Shown here: positions 48,723 to 60,609 of the stretch, piece after piece
Layout: the number at the start of each line of letters is the position of its first letter
Numbering within the stretch: the first letter of the stretch is position 1
NCBI GenBank assembly: GCA_965603825.1
Contig: CBFDEM010000022.1
Coordinates: forward strand, 186,001-250,000
Source: Blepharisma stoltei ATCC 30299
Lineage: Eukaryota > Protista > Ciliophora
Direction of reading: 5' to 3'
DNA length: 64,000 nt
Position numbers and translations under genes: made by a program
Notes under the pieces: model-generated
What the model was told of the DNA's origin: nothing
Databases searched by the model: none
Seen by the model: only the letters and a program-made list of their open reading frames with translations

Positions 48723-50642
48723 TTATAGCCTAAAAGGGCACTTTCTTTCCACACTTGATGCCTGTGCACGGGTGCTTCTCTCTCTCGGTACTCTTTTAAT
48801 GAACTTATTTTGACTGCTTAATGTAGAGTTTAAAAATCTCTTAGAAGGCGATTCTCCTACCTTCCTTTCTATATTGCTCGTATTAAGCGACATATCGAAC
48901 TCAAAAGTGGAGTCTGTTTGGCAAGAATCATTTGATTCGTATTCAAACTTATGGTCATATCTTGGCTTTACTTCAGACGTATTATATCTTTTATGCTGAG
49001 GAGGAATTTGGCCACTTGGGGTCAGGACATTTTTGCAGTTTTTATTGGTCACTTCAACTGAAAATGAAAGCCTGATGTACTCTTCAATATCAATCAGCCC
49101 AGTTCCAAGCTTGACCATGATTTTATCTTCATGATATGTAAGAGCAACTTCTGCTCCATTGTAAAGATAAAGGCCATTACTTTGCTTTATGAAATCCCGC
49201 TCTAAGCTTAAATCCACCAAAGCTTGCTGAACCAATGATTCAACGCTTGGGGCTGCTTGTTTTTGAAGTTTTTCAATCATCTGTGCCTTCTCAATCAAAC
49301 TTTCTTGGCTTTCAAACAGCTTGGTTGACAAGGTTTCTTTTTCTTGTCTTTCTTCATACACTTTGTGGTTAAGATTTCTGACTTGTTCTTCAAGCTGGAC
49401 TATTTGAGCTTTATAATCGTTGATCTGCTGAGAATGGTCAATGCTTCGTTTTTTGCTTTCCCGTTCATGGGCTTCTTTTAGTTGTTCAATTTCTTCTTTT
49501 ATGTCGTCAATTTCTCTTTTATACTCAAAAACTTTTTCATTTGCCTTTTCAAGTTGATCAGCAAGCTCATTCCTTTCTTCTTCTAAATTTTCTATTTCTG
49601 TTCTGTTATCACATGCGTTAATCCACTCTTTTCCTACCTCAGAAAGGGCTTCTTGCAAGTTTTGTCTTTGTTTTTCTGACTCTTCTAACCTTTCAAGGGC
49701 ATCTTGAAGCTCTTCGCTTTTATTCATGAATCTTGCAGTTGAGATTTCAATTTCTAGCTTTTCCACGACTTCTCCTAGCTGGACTTTTTCCCCTTCTAGA
49801 GTTCTGAGAGTGCTTTGTAGCTTTTTAAGCTCTCCTTGAAATTCTTTAAGCTCAGAATCTTTTATTTCTAGCAATTTCAGAAGGGATTTTTCTCTTGATT
49901 GTGATTTAGCAAGAGTTGTTTCATGTTTTTGTTTAACTTCGTTAAGGGATGATTCCAGAAGTTCTTTTTGTTTTCTTTCTGTGATTAATTGGTTTTGGCA
50001 AGAAACCAAACATTTAGTAAGATCTTCTTGTAAAGCTACCTGCTTTTTGTATTGAATTCTGAATTTTTCAATATCAGCATTTGGCTCATCATGCCATCTG
50101 AAGTCAGTAAACCTTGATTTTTCGTCCTCTGAACGATTTTCAAATCGGCTTCCTTTAGTTTGTATAAACGATTTTCTTGTCGATTCAAATGATTCTTGGC
50201 ACTCACAAACTTCTTCTTTTACTTCTTGAACAATTTCATTAGTTTCTGGGATATCAATTTGAGAAACTTCTATACATTTAGTTGCTTTATTCAATGAAAT
50301 TAAAATTCTTGCGCTTTCTGTTTCTTCAGGTAAAATAGTAAGCAAGTCTGATTCTGAATCTTGAAGGAGAGGAAGCCAAAGATACCCTTTGGAAGGTAGG
50401 AGGTCGACTGGCAGGCATACGCTTCCAATGTATTCATGTTCTGCACACATGCTTTTTACGATGAATTTCAACATTCCTTTAGCTGGGACGCATATTTTGT
50501 TTTCGTCGTGCTGAGAATTGATAGGGGTTATCACGTCGACCACTTGATCATCAAGTGAAACATAGCAGCCTAGACTAGAAATTTCTAAATCGATGCCATC
50601 TACTCTAACGATTTGGAGATCGAGCACACTTTCTTGAGACAT
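48723..50642 (-). CDS. C2-like N-terminus + coiled-coil + GAS2/GAR-like domain protein, 639 aa
   Basis: N-terminal beta-rich segment ending in LWLPL; long coiled coil; GLYLYNG…IMVKLGTGLIDIEEYI resembles GAR 'VMVRVGGGW'. Confidence 0.65.
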   Translation of the reverse strand: MSQESVLDLQIVRVDGIDLEISSLGCYVSLDDQVVDVITPINSQHDENKICVPAKGMLKFIVKSMCAEHEYIGSVCLPVDLLPSKGYLWLPLLQDSESDLLTILPEETESARILISLNKATKCIEVSQIDIPETNEIVQEVKEEVCECQESFESTRKSFIQTKGSRFENRSEDEKSRFTDFRWHDEPNADIEKFRIQYKKQVALQEDLTKCLVSCQNQLITERKQKELLESSLNEVKQKHETTLAKSQSREKSLLKLLEIKDSELKEFQGELKKLQSTLRTLEGEKVQLGEVVEKLEIEISTARFMNKSEELQDALERLEESEKQRQNLQEALSEVGKEWINACDNRTEIENLEEERNELADQLEKANEKVFEYKREIDDIKEEIEQLKEAHERESKKRSIDHSQQINDYKAQIVQLEEQVRNLNHKVYEERQEKETLSTKLFESQESLIEKAQMIEKLQKQAAPSVESLVQQALVDLSLERDFIKQSNGLYLYNGAEVALTYHEDKIMVKLGTGLIDIEEYIRLSFSVEVTNKNCKNVLTPSGQIPPQHKRYNTSEVKPRYDHKFEYESNDSCQTDSTFEFDMSLNTSNIERKVGESPSKRFLNSTLSSQNKFIKRVPRERSTRAQASSVERKCPFRL

Positions 50643-51394
50643 TTTAAACTTTAACGAATTTATATATCGAAACTATTGTTGGGGCAAAAATGGAGAAGAA
50701 GAATTGATATTGATTAGTTGGTAGAAAATTAAATAATAAGGGATTTTATAAAAGAATGAACTATTGAATTCCTTTAAGCTTATAGGCAGCTATAAATACA
50801 TTTCTTGGTTAAACTAGTGTCAATTTTTGATCAATGAAATCCTCAAAATGGGTGTTGAATTTAAATTTTGCAAGTCTTTTAAGGAAATACGAAGAGAAAA
50901 TTAATGATACAATAACTCAAATTTTAATTGAATATATAGAATTAATCTGGGTTATGAGGAAATGATTATTGTTTTAATAAAAATCAATTATTCTATTAAA
51001 CGAGAGCTATTTTAACTATAAAAGAGAGAAAACCAATTTTAATTACATTTATAAGAGAATTCATTTAAATTAAATTTTATTCTAATGCATGATATTATAG
51101 AGTTAGAAATTCTTATGTTGTAGAGTATCTAAACTATCACTTCTTTGAACAAAATATGATACCTCTCATCATTAAATTTAAAGATTGAGTATATTATAAA
51201 TTTAATATGTTTATTAACTTCTAAAGCCATATTCTATAAAATCCCAACATCTCCGAATGCTGATCATTTTCAATAAAACTAGATATCAAAAGATTACAGT
51301 CAGCTATTTTTTCTAGATAAATATTAACTATGCTTTTCATGATCCAGCCTTATTCAAAATCGATGTATCTAAAATTTTTGCAATCTGAATTTTC

Positions 51395-51399
51395 ATTGG
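51395..51399 (-). promoter_or_regulatory. Inverted CCAAT box (ATTGG) upstream of histone H2A, with TATAAAA at ~51433
   Basis: ATTGG lies ~75 nt upstream of the H2A ATG; CCAAT boxes are typical of histone promoters. The motif is short, so support is weak. Confidence 0.35.
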
Positions 51400-51471
51400 C
51401 TGATTTGTATCCATATCTAAAATAAAGGGAATATAAAAGGCGCTATGAGACTAAAAATTATAAAGTAATAA

Positions 51472-51885
51472 ATGTCAACAGTCGGAAAAGGAAAAGGAAG
51501 CAGAGGAAAGGCAGCAAGCGCAACTAAGACTTCAAGATCCCAAAAAGCAGGACTTCAATTCCCAGTTGGTCGTATTTCAAGATTCATGAAACACGGAAAA
51601 TACGCTGAGAGAGTTGGAGCAGGAGCACCAGTTTATCTTGCAGCTGTTCTTGAATACTTAGCTGCAGAAGTCTTAGAACTTGCAGGAAATGCCGCAAAAG
51701 ACTACAAGAAGACTAGAATTGTCCCAAGACACATTCAATTAGCAATCAGAAACGACGAAGAACTTAACAGACTTATGTCTAACGCAATCATAGCTAGCGG
51801 TGGGGCAGTACCATTCATTCACCAAGCCTTACTACCTGCACCAGACAAAAACGATAAAGAAGGAGGAGCAACCCAAGAATTATAA
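51472..51885 (+). CDS. H2A: Histone H2A with C-terminal TQEL (H2A.X-like)
   Basis: [40 protein letters not shown]. Confidence 0.97.
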   Translation: MSTVGKGKGSRGKAASATKTSRSQKAGLQFPVGRISRFMKHGKYAERVGAGAPVYLAAVLEYLAAEVLELAGNAAKDYKKTRIVPRHIQLAIRNDEELNRLMSNAIIASGGAVPFIHQALLPAPDKNDKEGGATQEL

Positions 51886-52484
51886 TGATAACTTAATTAT
51901 TTCAATTCCCCAAATCCTTCTGACGTTATTAATATTGTCTCTTAACACATGAGGCTCTAAATCAAATTTGCCCATTGTCTTTTAAATAAATAGTTAGATT
52001 GCATACAATAGTCTTATAAAAGTTGCTCTTTCCTGTAGTAATAAAGTTCCAGCAGATTCTACTAATCTATTAAAGATAGCAGAACTATTTCCATATTCTC
52101 TGTAATTTTATATGAAATATGGATCCGTTCGTCTACGTTTTTTCGCTCGGTTCTTGGTTTTTGCCTCTTCTTCATGATGCAATAAAACTGAATCATTTTT
52201 TTGAGATTTTATGTTACATCTTTATCATTATTAACAGCAAAATTCACTACTTTAATCATTTGAGTTCTGTTTAAAACCTCCAGAGCATATGTTCTTTAAG
52301 TCGTGCAGCAGCTCTGTACTTTAAAATTAACTTATATTTTTTATAATAAGATAAAAATAGGTTAGATTATTAATTCTTTTCTATATAATTCAGCGAAAAT
52401 TAGCTAATACATATATAAAATTAGGTAAAAATATCAGCATAAATCAAATTTTAGGCTATCTCTATTGATTATATAACTATTAAA

Positions 52485-52940
52485 ATGGCACAGCCTGTCC
52501 ACACCCACCTTCCAAGAGTAGAAAGTGTTCAAACTTATGGAAAGAAGAAGCACGCTCAAGCAGTTGCCCTCATCACAAAAGGAAAAGGAATGATTAGAGT
52601 CAATGGCGTTCCTCTCCACCTTGTCGAGCCTCAAACCCTTCGTGTTAAAGTTTTGGAACCAATCCTTCTATTAGGAGAATCTCGCTTTTCAAAAGTGGAC
52701 TTCAAAATAAGAGTACACGGAGGAGGTTATGTAAGCCAAATCTATGCAGTGAGACAAGCCATTGCTAAAGGAATTATTGCTTTCTACCAAAAATACGTAG
52801 ACGAAGCTTCAAAAAGACAAATAAAAGAAATGATCCTTGCTTATGACAGATCTCTGCTTGTAGCTGATCCTAGAAGGAAGGAGCCTAAGAAGTATGGAGG
52901 TCCTGGTGCAAGAGCAAGAAGACAAAAGAGTTACAGATAA
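52485..52940 (+). CDS. RPS16: 40S ribosomal protein S16 (uS9)
   Basis: VQTYGKKK…[17 protein letters not shown]…[19 protein letters not shown]. Confidence 0.97.
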   Translation: MAQPVHTHLPRVESVQTYGKKKHAQAVALITKGKGMIRVNGVPLHLVEPQTLRVKVLEPILLLGESRFSKVDFKIRVHGGGYVSQIYAVRQAIAKGIIAFYQKYVDEASKRQIKEMILAYDRSLLVADPRRKEPKKYGGPGARARRQKSYR

Positions 52941-52977
52941 GTCTAAACAAATATTTAATAATAAGAATGGATCATAA

Positions 52978-54699
52978 TTAATACCTACTGCTTCTATAGT
53001 TATTGTATTTTTGCTGAGTATTGTTTAGGCTTGGCTGGCCTAGTTCTAGACTATCAAGATTCATTAACTTTGCTTCTAAATCGACAGGCCTTGAAGGCTG
53101 TACAGGAGCTGACTGGAAGCTAGTGAAGTCCATTTGTCTTGGATTTGCTTTGAGCTGAGACATAGTAAGTCCTTGACTATCTTGCATATTAAGATTTAAT
53201 TTCAAACTTTGAGTTCCGCTTTGTCCTTGCCCTCCCTGAGGGATACTCTCTGCTTGATTTCCCCAAACATCTGCAGGTATAGAAGAGCCTGTATATGAAG
53301 AATTTTGGGTTGACCATGCAGAATTCGTTTTAGGAGTTTGGCTTGATGGAATTGAGATCCCATTTCATGCCGAGTCATTATAAGTTGATGGAACTTTTGA
53401 ATTTCCCCATAAGTTATCAAGTGGATTTTGGGGCTTGGTTTCAGCTGGCTTGGAATAAGCAGGAGGATTATTGGGAAATGATGGAAGTTGGCTCGAATAA
53501 GATGAAGAAATTGATTGAGGAATATTGGAATGAGATGGAGGGTTTGATGGAAGTGTACTAGAAAATGGCAGAGGCTGAGAAGGAGTCTTCGTATGTGATG
53601 GCAATCCCCATGGGTCTGAAGTAGCTTGAGGATTCTGTGGAGTGAACAATTCTTGGCGTGGCTGATTTCATGAAGGCTGAGAACTCGTTGGCTGAGTCCA
53701 AGTATTTGATGGCGCACTGTTTGAAGTCTCTCCCCAAATAGCTTCTAACACATTTTCCTGCTTCTGAGGAGCTTGTGAAAATGCATTAAAAGCTTCAGGA
53801 GCTTTTTGTACTGCAGGCTGGCCCCAAATATCTGCTGGTTTTTGTACTGGCTGATTCCAGGCAGGCTCTGGAAAATTTGAATTTGTGTTTTTTACTGTAA
53901 CATTATTGAATAGATTCCCTCCACTTGGAGGTGGAACAATCCTTGCAGGCTGAGAAGCTATCCGATTGTGAGCTGCAGGTTTCACTGCAGGTGCTGAAAA
54001 AATGTCAACGTTAGATTGCTCGTTCCTTGTTGGAGCTATATCTTGGCCTTGCTCTCTGTAATCAGGCTCAGTATAATTCGATTGTCCATACGGCTGATAT
54101 TCTTGGTCTTGTTGCTGGCCATTTTCTGTTTGTCTTCTCCTTTCTGGGTAAGGATCATAAGACCCTCTGTTATATTCATCATTATACCCTTGGCTTCTTT
54201 CTGTATGGTACCCTCTACCACCATCAGATGAAGACCCTGAAAATTTATTCCACAGCTTTTTCGCTTTTTCTCTTTCTTCATCAAGAAATCTGTGGTCAGC
54301 TATTAATTGGTTGATATATTTGCATTTATCTCTGATGCCAGTTCCGCGCTCTTCACTGTTCTCTCGGTATGAAAAATCTTGAAGCAGGCGAATTTTAAAT
54401 CCTTCATCCCTTATTTCATTAATGCAGGAGGCCGAGCCGAACTTCAATAAATACTCTGCAAGATTCAGCGCTTTGTATATTCTTCGCCATTCTTTTGGGC
54501 TGGATTTCAGGTATTCCCATGTGCACCGCATGATGACTGCTCTTTCCTCAGGATTATAGGTTTTCTCAGCGATATCGTGGAGAAGTGTATTAGATGTGCC
54601 ATAGTTCTCATCACTGCAGACTTCTGCGACCATGCGCTCAAGAGGGGTTTTGGTGATGCGATCACGAAGGTTCAGAGCAGCCTTTTTCAGCGAATCCAT
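52978..54699 (-). CDS. Epsin/EpsinR-like ENTH-domain protein, ~573 aa
   Basis: ENTH motifs (WRRIYKALNLAEYLLKFGS, GTGIRDK). The disordered tail with DPW/DIW/DVW/DIF motifs reads through TGA in one frame. Confidence 0.88.
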
Positions 54700-54840
54700 T
54701 TTTATTATTGCATTAACTGTCAACAGTTTTCATGACAGAAAATTAATGAATTTTTCACAAAAAGTGATATAATGCCAAAGCATTATATGAAAACTAATAA
54801 AAAATCGAAAAAAAATAATAATTTCTGCAGAAATGTTTAT

Positions 54841-55932
54841 TTATTCTTTTTTAGGCTTTTTTTTCTTCTCAGCTGGCTTAGCCTCTTGTGATTCTGCCAA
54901 TTCACTCCTAACAACATTATTCAAAATTGAAATAACAAAGAAAGCAATCATCAAAATTATAAATACCTCCCATGCAGCTGCAAACCACGGCTTTTCTTGA
55001 ATACCTTGATTAGGCGATCTCAATAGTTTTTGCTGTGCTTCTAACCAAGAACTTAATCTTCCTTTCATAGATGGAACTAACTCTTCAATAAAGTGCAAAA
55101 TTACTTCCACATGATGTTGGCTAAATAAGAAAACTGTAAAAATCATCTGTATGTGTACCTTAAAAATCGCCTTCCCAATCATAGTCGACCCTAAAAAGAT
55201 CCAGATCGAAATCCCAAAGTGCCCACACATTAATCCAGCTAAATCAAACAATGGATTTGGTATTGACGCCATCAGCATTACTGTAATAAATCCGTGGCTT
55301 TTCAAGTGTTTTGCTATAAACAGCTTCGCTTTGTCCGCAAGTGTGTTTTTTTCTGGTTTTTCAAGGTCTTCTAGCTCTTCAGGCTTCCTATTCGCCATTC
55401 TAGCAGCTCTGGCAATGAAATAAGGAGGAAGCTCTCCTAAGGCAGTGCCAAATCCCCATAAAAAGCTTTCTAATTGCACGCTCCAAATAATTGCCCATAT
55501 TGATATTGGATCTTGAGTAGGGACAGGACAATCTTCGAAATTATGATAAGTCCATCGATTTGGCAGCATATTAGGAATATAATTGCAAGCATATGCAACT
55601 AATGTAACACCAGCTATATGTGGGCCAAGATAGAGAACAAAGGTATGTAGCCCAGTCCCAAGGCCTATTGATGATGCAACTCCAAGCATTATCCACCATG
55701 CTGCAAAGAAAAATATTTCTTCAGCTGTTGACACATACTAAATAAAATATACTGGCTGATGAGGTCCTGGAGTCATGTAAATAGTTATGCCGAGAACTAG
55801 AACTGATAGAATTAGGAAAAGATGCGAATAACAAAACTGGAGGGCTGCTCCAAGGTATCTTATACCAACTCTAGCTAAGACTTTGAGCGAGAGAATGGGA
55901 TGAGTAAAGATACTTACGTTCTCAATGTCCAT
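54841..55932 (-). CDS. VMP1: Vacuole membrane protein 1 (VMP1, DedA/VTT family), ~358 aa, one intron
   Basis: LGVASSIGLGTGLHTFVLYLGPHIA, GTALGELPPYF, SIPNPLFDLAG. Confidence 0.95.
55738..55752 (-). other. 15-nt intron GTATATTTTATTTAG
   Basis: Joins 55738..55932 to 54841..55734 in frame; contains an in-frame TAG. Confidence 0.9.
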
Positions 55933-55988
55933 TTTCTTATGTATAAAGTTAGAAAGGGATTAAAATGGGTCTTATTTATATTAATCCA

Positions 55989-56405
55989 TTAGATTTGTAA
56001 AATAAAATAAGGGGTTTGGAACTCCTCATCAGTAGATATTTGGTTTTGAGCTAATTTTATTTTCTTATAGAAAAAATTGCAAATGATGCAAAATAAAAAT
56101 ACAAATATGATTGAGAATGGTAATATTGAATAAAAATAAGCTTCAGTCATTATTTTTTGTCCTGACAAGCTTAGATCGTTAGCTAAGATCTGACTGTCTT
56201 TTGTGATTAATACAGGTTGAAGCAGAGGGTCGCATTCATCTTTGATGCATTTTTCGATATGATATTCAGTTTCTGCGTATGGAAGCATTGACCATGTCAC
56301 TTTACAGTTTACTACGCAATTGTTATATTTGTCTTGGTTTGAATCTGATACTGCAAACCTTGGAAATAGAAGTAAAGAAAAAACTATTGAAATAAAAGGC
56401 TTCAT
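55989..56405 (-). CDS. Small type-I membrane protein (signal peptide, 4-Cys ectodomain, one TM), 138 aa
   Basis: Hydrophobic N-terminus, CVVNC…CIKDEC, C-terminal TM followed by KKIK. Confidence 0.65.
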   Translation of the reverse strand: MKPFISIVFSLLLFPRFAVSDSNQDKYNNCVVNCKVTWSMLPYAETEYHIEKCIKDECDPLLQPVLITKDSQILANDLSLSGQKIMTEAYFYSILPFSIIFVFLFCIICNFFYKKIKLAQNQISTDEEFQTPYFILQI

Positions 56406-57042
56406 ATCCTGATAATTTTCAAATTATTAAAAGTTTTATGTCAGCCATTTAATCAATTAGCAGATATTTCCTCAAATAATCGCCGATATTACTGATTTCA
56501 TCATTTCTGCACTAAATAAGGCTTTCTCATATGTTTAAAGAATTTAAGAATCAGTGCTCGTCATAAGCAATCATTTTTTACAAATAGTAATGCTTTTAAA
56601 ATTAAATTTAAAATTTAGCATTAAATCTTAGACAAAAAATAATAAAAAATAAACAATAAAAGTTATAAGCTTCTTAAAATTAAAAAAATAAATCTAAAAG
56701 CCTTATCAATTTTAAAATAAATAATTTTAATAATCTTCCATTTTCTACTAGACTAAACAATGTGTATCCATAGAGCAACCATCAAGTTAGAGCTACATTA
56801 ACTAAGCTAAAAGCTTTCATTTATTATTTTTAAAGAAAAATTTAATTAGATCGTTCAATATGCTTCCATGGAAATATTTTAATTTAAATAAATTGAAACG
56901 ATAATTTTCCATTATTTCGCCATCAAATTGAAACTAAGGTATTTTTGTTTTCCTTTTATTCTATATCTATAGGCAATTCAAGTATTTAAATTTTGAGCAT
57001 TAACAATGAATGATCATTATTAGACATTAAATATTAATAGAA

Positions 57043-57654
57043 ATGCAAAGAAATGACTTATTAATGCAAATTTCTCTGCTTCCCACAAAGCAAGATGACA
57101 GTGTTAGTACAAATAGAGAAGATTTTCGTCTTCCTTCTTTGCGCTGCCCTCAAGCTGATCCTTTTCTTAATATGAAAATCACTGATAAAAACACTTTTGT
57201 GCTTAAACCTATATGCTTAACCAAGCATAAATCAAGTAAATCTTTATTTAATCCACAGGAGCAACTATCAAGCAAGTATTCAAAAAAAGGTACAGAAATA
57301 TTAATGAATTCAAACCGAAATTCTAAATTAACTGATAGAAATACCAAGAAAGTATTACACCCATTTTCTTTTCAAAACATAGATGGAAGCCAGCCTCTAA
57401 AAATACAAAAAAAACAGTTCTCAAGAATTCTCAGCCAACCTAATTTATATGATATAAATTCAAAAGCAGACCTGAATATCAAAAATTTCCCAAACAATGC
57501 AGCATATCAGCATCCTTCATCAACCAAACATAAAGCAGCTTCAAAGATACCTCAATCTTTTAGCTGTAGCCCCCATAAGGTCTCCAATCCTAATGAACCC
57601 CTTGCAGACATTTCATTTGGCGATATCAATCATATCTCATCTGCCTTCTTTTAA
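57043..57654 (+). CDS. Hypothetical basic, likely disordered protein, 203 aa
   Basis: ATG-to-TAA ORF flanked by AT-rich spacers. Confidence 0.6.
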   Translation: MQRNDLLMQISLLPTKQDDSVSTNREDFRLPSLRCPQADPFLNMKITDKNTFVLKPICLTKHKSSKSLFNPQEQLSSKYSKKGTEILMNSNRNSKLTDRNTKKVLHPFSFQNIDGSQPLKIQKKQFSRILSQPNLYDINSKADLNIKNFPNNAAYQHPSSTKHKAASKIPQSFSCSPHKVSNPNEPLADISFGDINHISSAFF

Positions 57655-57706
57655 GATAATAAATTAATTTGCAAGAATAAAGCATTTAAACACCTAATGG
57701 TTATAA

Positions 57707-58123
57707 ATGGCAAATCCTCTGCAACAATTCGCAAATCAGTATTTCAAAAGGCCAGATTCTTGGAAAGGTCTTGCACTTTTGGCTGGAATTATCTTCGTAG
57801 ACAGTTACTTTATAGATCGCGGTGTTAGAAACTACATTTTCGGGAAGGATGGAAAAGGAGGAGAAATGTTGCTTTGCAAAACCAGAATTGACCATCATGA
57901 AGAAGAGTACCGAGAAGCTCGCAAGAAGTGGTATTGGCATCAGAGAAAGGCTAAATTCTACATGCCTCAGGATGTTTCTTTCAACGATAAGCTGGATTAC
58001 AAGACTCTCAGCTACAACTACGCACACTTTAATAAGTTCTTAGACCCTGCAGACGTCCCTAGACATCATGACGCAGATGCGTTCTATTTCAACGAACTGG
58101 AGCCTGAAGATTATTATAAGTAA
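57707..58123 (+). CDS. Small single-TM protein, 138 aa, possibly a mitochondrial inner-membrane complex subunit
   Basis: Clean ORF with housekeeping-like codon use and one hydrophobic helix; family not recognised. Confidence 0.6.
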   Translation: MANPLQQFANQYFKRPDSWKGLALLAGIIFVDSYFIDRGVRNYIFGKDGKGGEMLLCKTRIDHHEEEYREARKKWYWHQRKAKFYMPQDVSFNDKLDYKTLSYNYAHFNKFLDPADVPRHHDADAFYFNELEPEDYYK

Positions 58124-58143
58124 CCTAATAAACTTTAGGTAAT

Positions 58144-58773
58144 ATGAAATTAAAACATATAGAAAGCGCTATACAACAAATTTGTCCTGTACAGGATTTT
58201 GATGGGCGGCCTACAATAGATCTGGAGCAATATACGACACCTCCAAGGTTAGCTGCTGAAATGATTTCGACGATTCAATATGACTTTGATGATATTGAAG
58301 GTAAAATTGTGGCTGATTTTGGATGTGGATGTGGAATTTTGTCAGCTGGGTGCCTATTGATGGAGCCAGATACGTTATACGCAGTTGATGTTGACATGAA
58401 ATGCATTGAAATAACACAAATGCATTTAGAGGAAGTAGATGGTATTGTGGAATATTTGCATTGCAATATCAATGAGCAGATGGATTTGAAGGGAAGAGTT
58501 ATAGATACTGTTATTACAAACCCGCCGTTTGGGACAAGGGTGCAAGGTGCTGATTTAGGATTTGTGGTGGCAGGGTTAAAAGCAGCCAATGTCGTCTATT
58601 CGTTGCATAAAACTTCAACGAGAGAGAATTTAAGAAAAAAAGCAAGAGAAATGGGTGCAAATGGAGAAGTTGTTAGCTCTGTAAGTTTCGCGTTGCCAAA
58701 GATGTATAAAATGCATAAGAAAAAGAGCGTTGACATTGAAGTTGATTTTTGGAGGTTTACAAAAGTAGAATAG
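58144..58773 (+). CDS. METTL5: METTL5-type rRNA N6-adenine methyltransferase
   Basis: LEQYTTPP, DFGCGCGIL, TNPPFGT, YSLHKTSTR, HKKKSVDIEVDFWRF. Confidence 0.93.
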   Translation: MKLKHIESAIQQICPVQDFDGRPTIDLEQYTTPPRLAAEMISTIQYDFDDIEGKIVADFGCGCGILSAGCLLMEPDTLYAVDVDMKCIEITQMHLEEVDGIVEYLHCNINEQMDLKGRVIDTVITNPPFGTRVQGADLGFVVAGLKAANVVYSLHKTSTRENLRKKAREMGANGEVVSSVSFALPKMYKMHKKKSVDIEVDFWRFTKVE

Positions 58774-59348
58774 ATATTTTTAATATAATTCAACTTACTT
58801 TGAGTAAATGTGAATAATATGGGTTTTATATTTCAAATATAAAAGATAGTGAGCTTCAATTGGTGTTGAATCTTCAGTAGGCTATAGTTAATTTCTCTTA
58901 TCAGCCTTTTTGTGACCACTTTGCTATTTTTTGTTCATTACATTGAAACTGATCACCTATGCATCTTTATAATTTATCACCAGAAAGAATTAAAGGCTAA
59001 TTGTTATTTAAAAAACAAAATTTAAGGTATTTAAGATAAATAATTCTTTGGGAAATTAGAGGGTAAAGCAATTAAACTTATTAATAGTATTAAATTGTTA
59101 ATAATTCTCAAATTGAAAAATCTGCTTAAATAAAATATAAAGATCCTTCTTATTATCATAAGGTTTACGCTCGCTGAATTTTCTTATAATTTATTCGGCT
59201 TTATTAACATTAATAATTTTAGCAAACTTAACCGTTCTTTCTTTGTGGATTTTGGACACAAAGCCTTGATCATTTAAATTATTAAATATGGGGGATCTAA
59301 ATTTAATAAAAAGGTTTTATAGCAAATCTAATAATTATTATAATTAAT

Positions 59349-60308
59349 ATGTGCAAAGCCTGCAAAATAGAAGCTTGGACAGTTCTTTTTAAAGCAAAGT
59401 ACCTAAAAAAGAAGAATAAGCTCATAAAAAAATTAAGGAAAAGAAGAAAGCGCAAAAACGCAAATAATACCCAAAAAATCGATTCTTGCAAAGCACCACT
59501 CTTGAGCTTGATAAAAGAAAACGACAATCAATGCTTGCAGAATAATGGATATCTTTTCTATTTTTCTGGCTACAACATCGTCAAAATAAATCTAAGTCTA
59601 AGTCCGATAGAAACAGAATATAAAACTTTCAGTAAAAATTCAGACATCGAAAGAGAAGTTATTATATGTGCAATCCCAAATCAGCTATTTTTATGCATAG
59701 ACTGTGGGAAAGGCCTAGTATTCATCATTAATCAAAACCTCGAAATTTCCGGAACGAAAAAAACAGCTCCAAGAGATTACTGCATGCTATTATATTTAGA
59801 AGAATTAATTTATGCTTTTACACGAAAAGGTAATTATTATACAATGATAGAGACATATGATTATAAAAAGAATAAATGAAGGCGGATGTCTGATGTGGAT
59901 TATGATATTTGGGCCTGTGTTGTTTTTGAAAGGAAAATTATAGTTGCACCTTTTAGAAATGAATACTTGAAAATTTTTGATCCTTTTGCGAATAGCTTCA
60001 CATATATATTTCGAGTACAATCGTGAGGTGCGATAAGTCTTTTAGTTGCAAATGATAGATGCTATTGCATTATTTCTAACTCTTTTGTTTTTGAAAGCTT
60101 GCATAGAGATTATTGGCAATGGACTTGCATTGGCAAAAACTGAATAAACGACGACATATTTGGACTGCATTTATTTTCTTTTTATAATGATTCAATATAT
60201 TTTATCGGAATTCCACATGCTCCCTCTTTGTATGAATTTAATTTAAAAGCTCTAGAAATCACATTGATTGATCATTTATATACATGGTCTGACGATGAAA
60301 GTGAATAG
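59349..60308 (+). CDS. Divergent kelch-like beta-propeller protein with a basic N-terminus, ~319 aa
   Basis: IYAF…IETYDYKKNK-W kelch-like blade. The frame stays open through three TGA to TAG at 60306-60308. Confidence 0.65.
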
Positions 60309-60609
60309 GCTAGTAATAATAAAATTTTAATCTTAAATTATATTTAGAAATCAGACATTTAATATATCAAATAACTAAAAATCATAACTTATTTTATCAA
60401 AAATTAGATTAATTAATAAACGTCATAAAAACTCCTCACTTATATTATTTTCAACAAGGTCCTTCAATTCAGTTTCAAAAATTTGTCCAATTAAAAAATT
60501 CTTTAATCTAAATTTATAACCTTGCAATCTGATAATAGCCAAATAACATTTAAAATTTAAAACCTAAATTAAAAGCATAAACTATATAATTATGTAATAT
60601 AAAAAGACA

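Noticed and set aside
53202-53717. 171-aa alternative-frame ORF overlapping the epsin-like tail
   Set aside because: An off-frame reading of a Pro/Ser-rich low-complexity region; the main frame is continuous via TGA.
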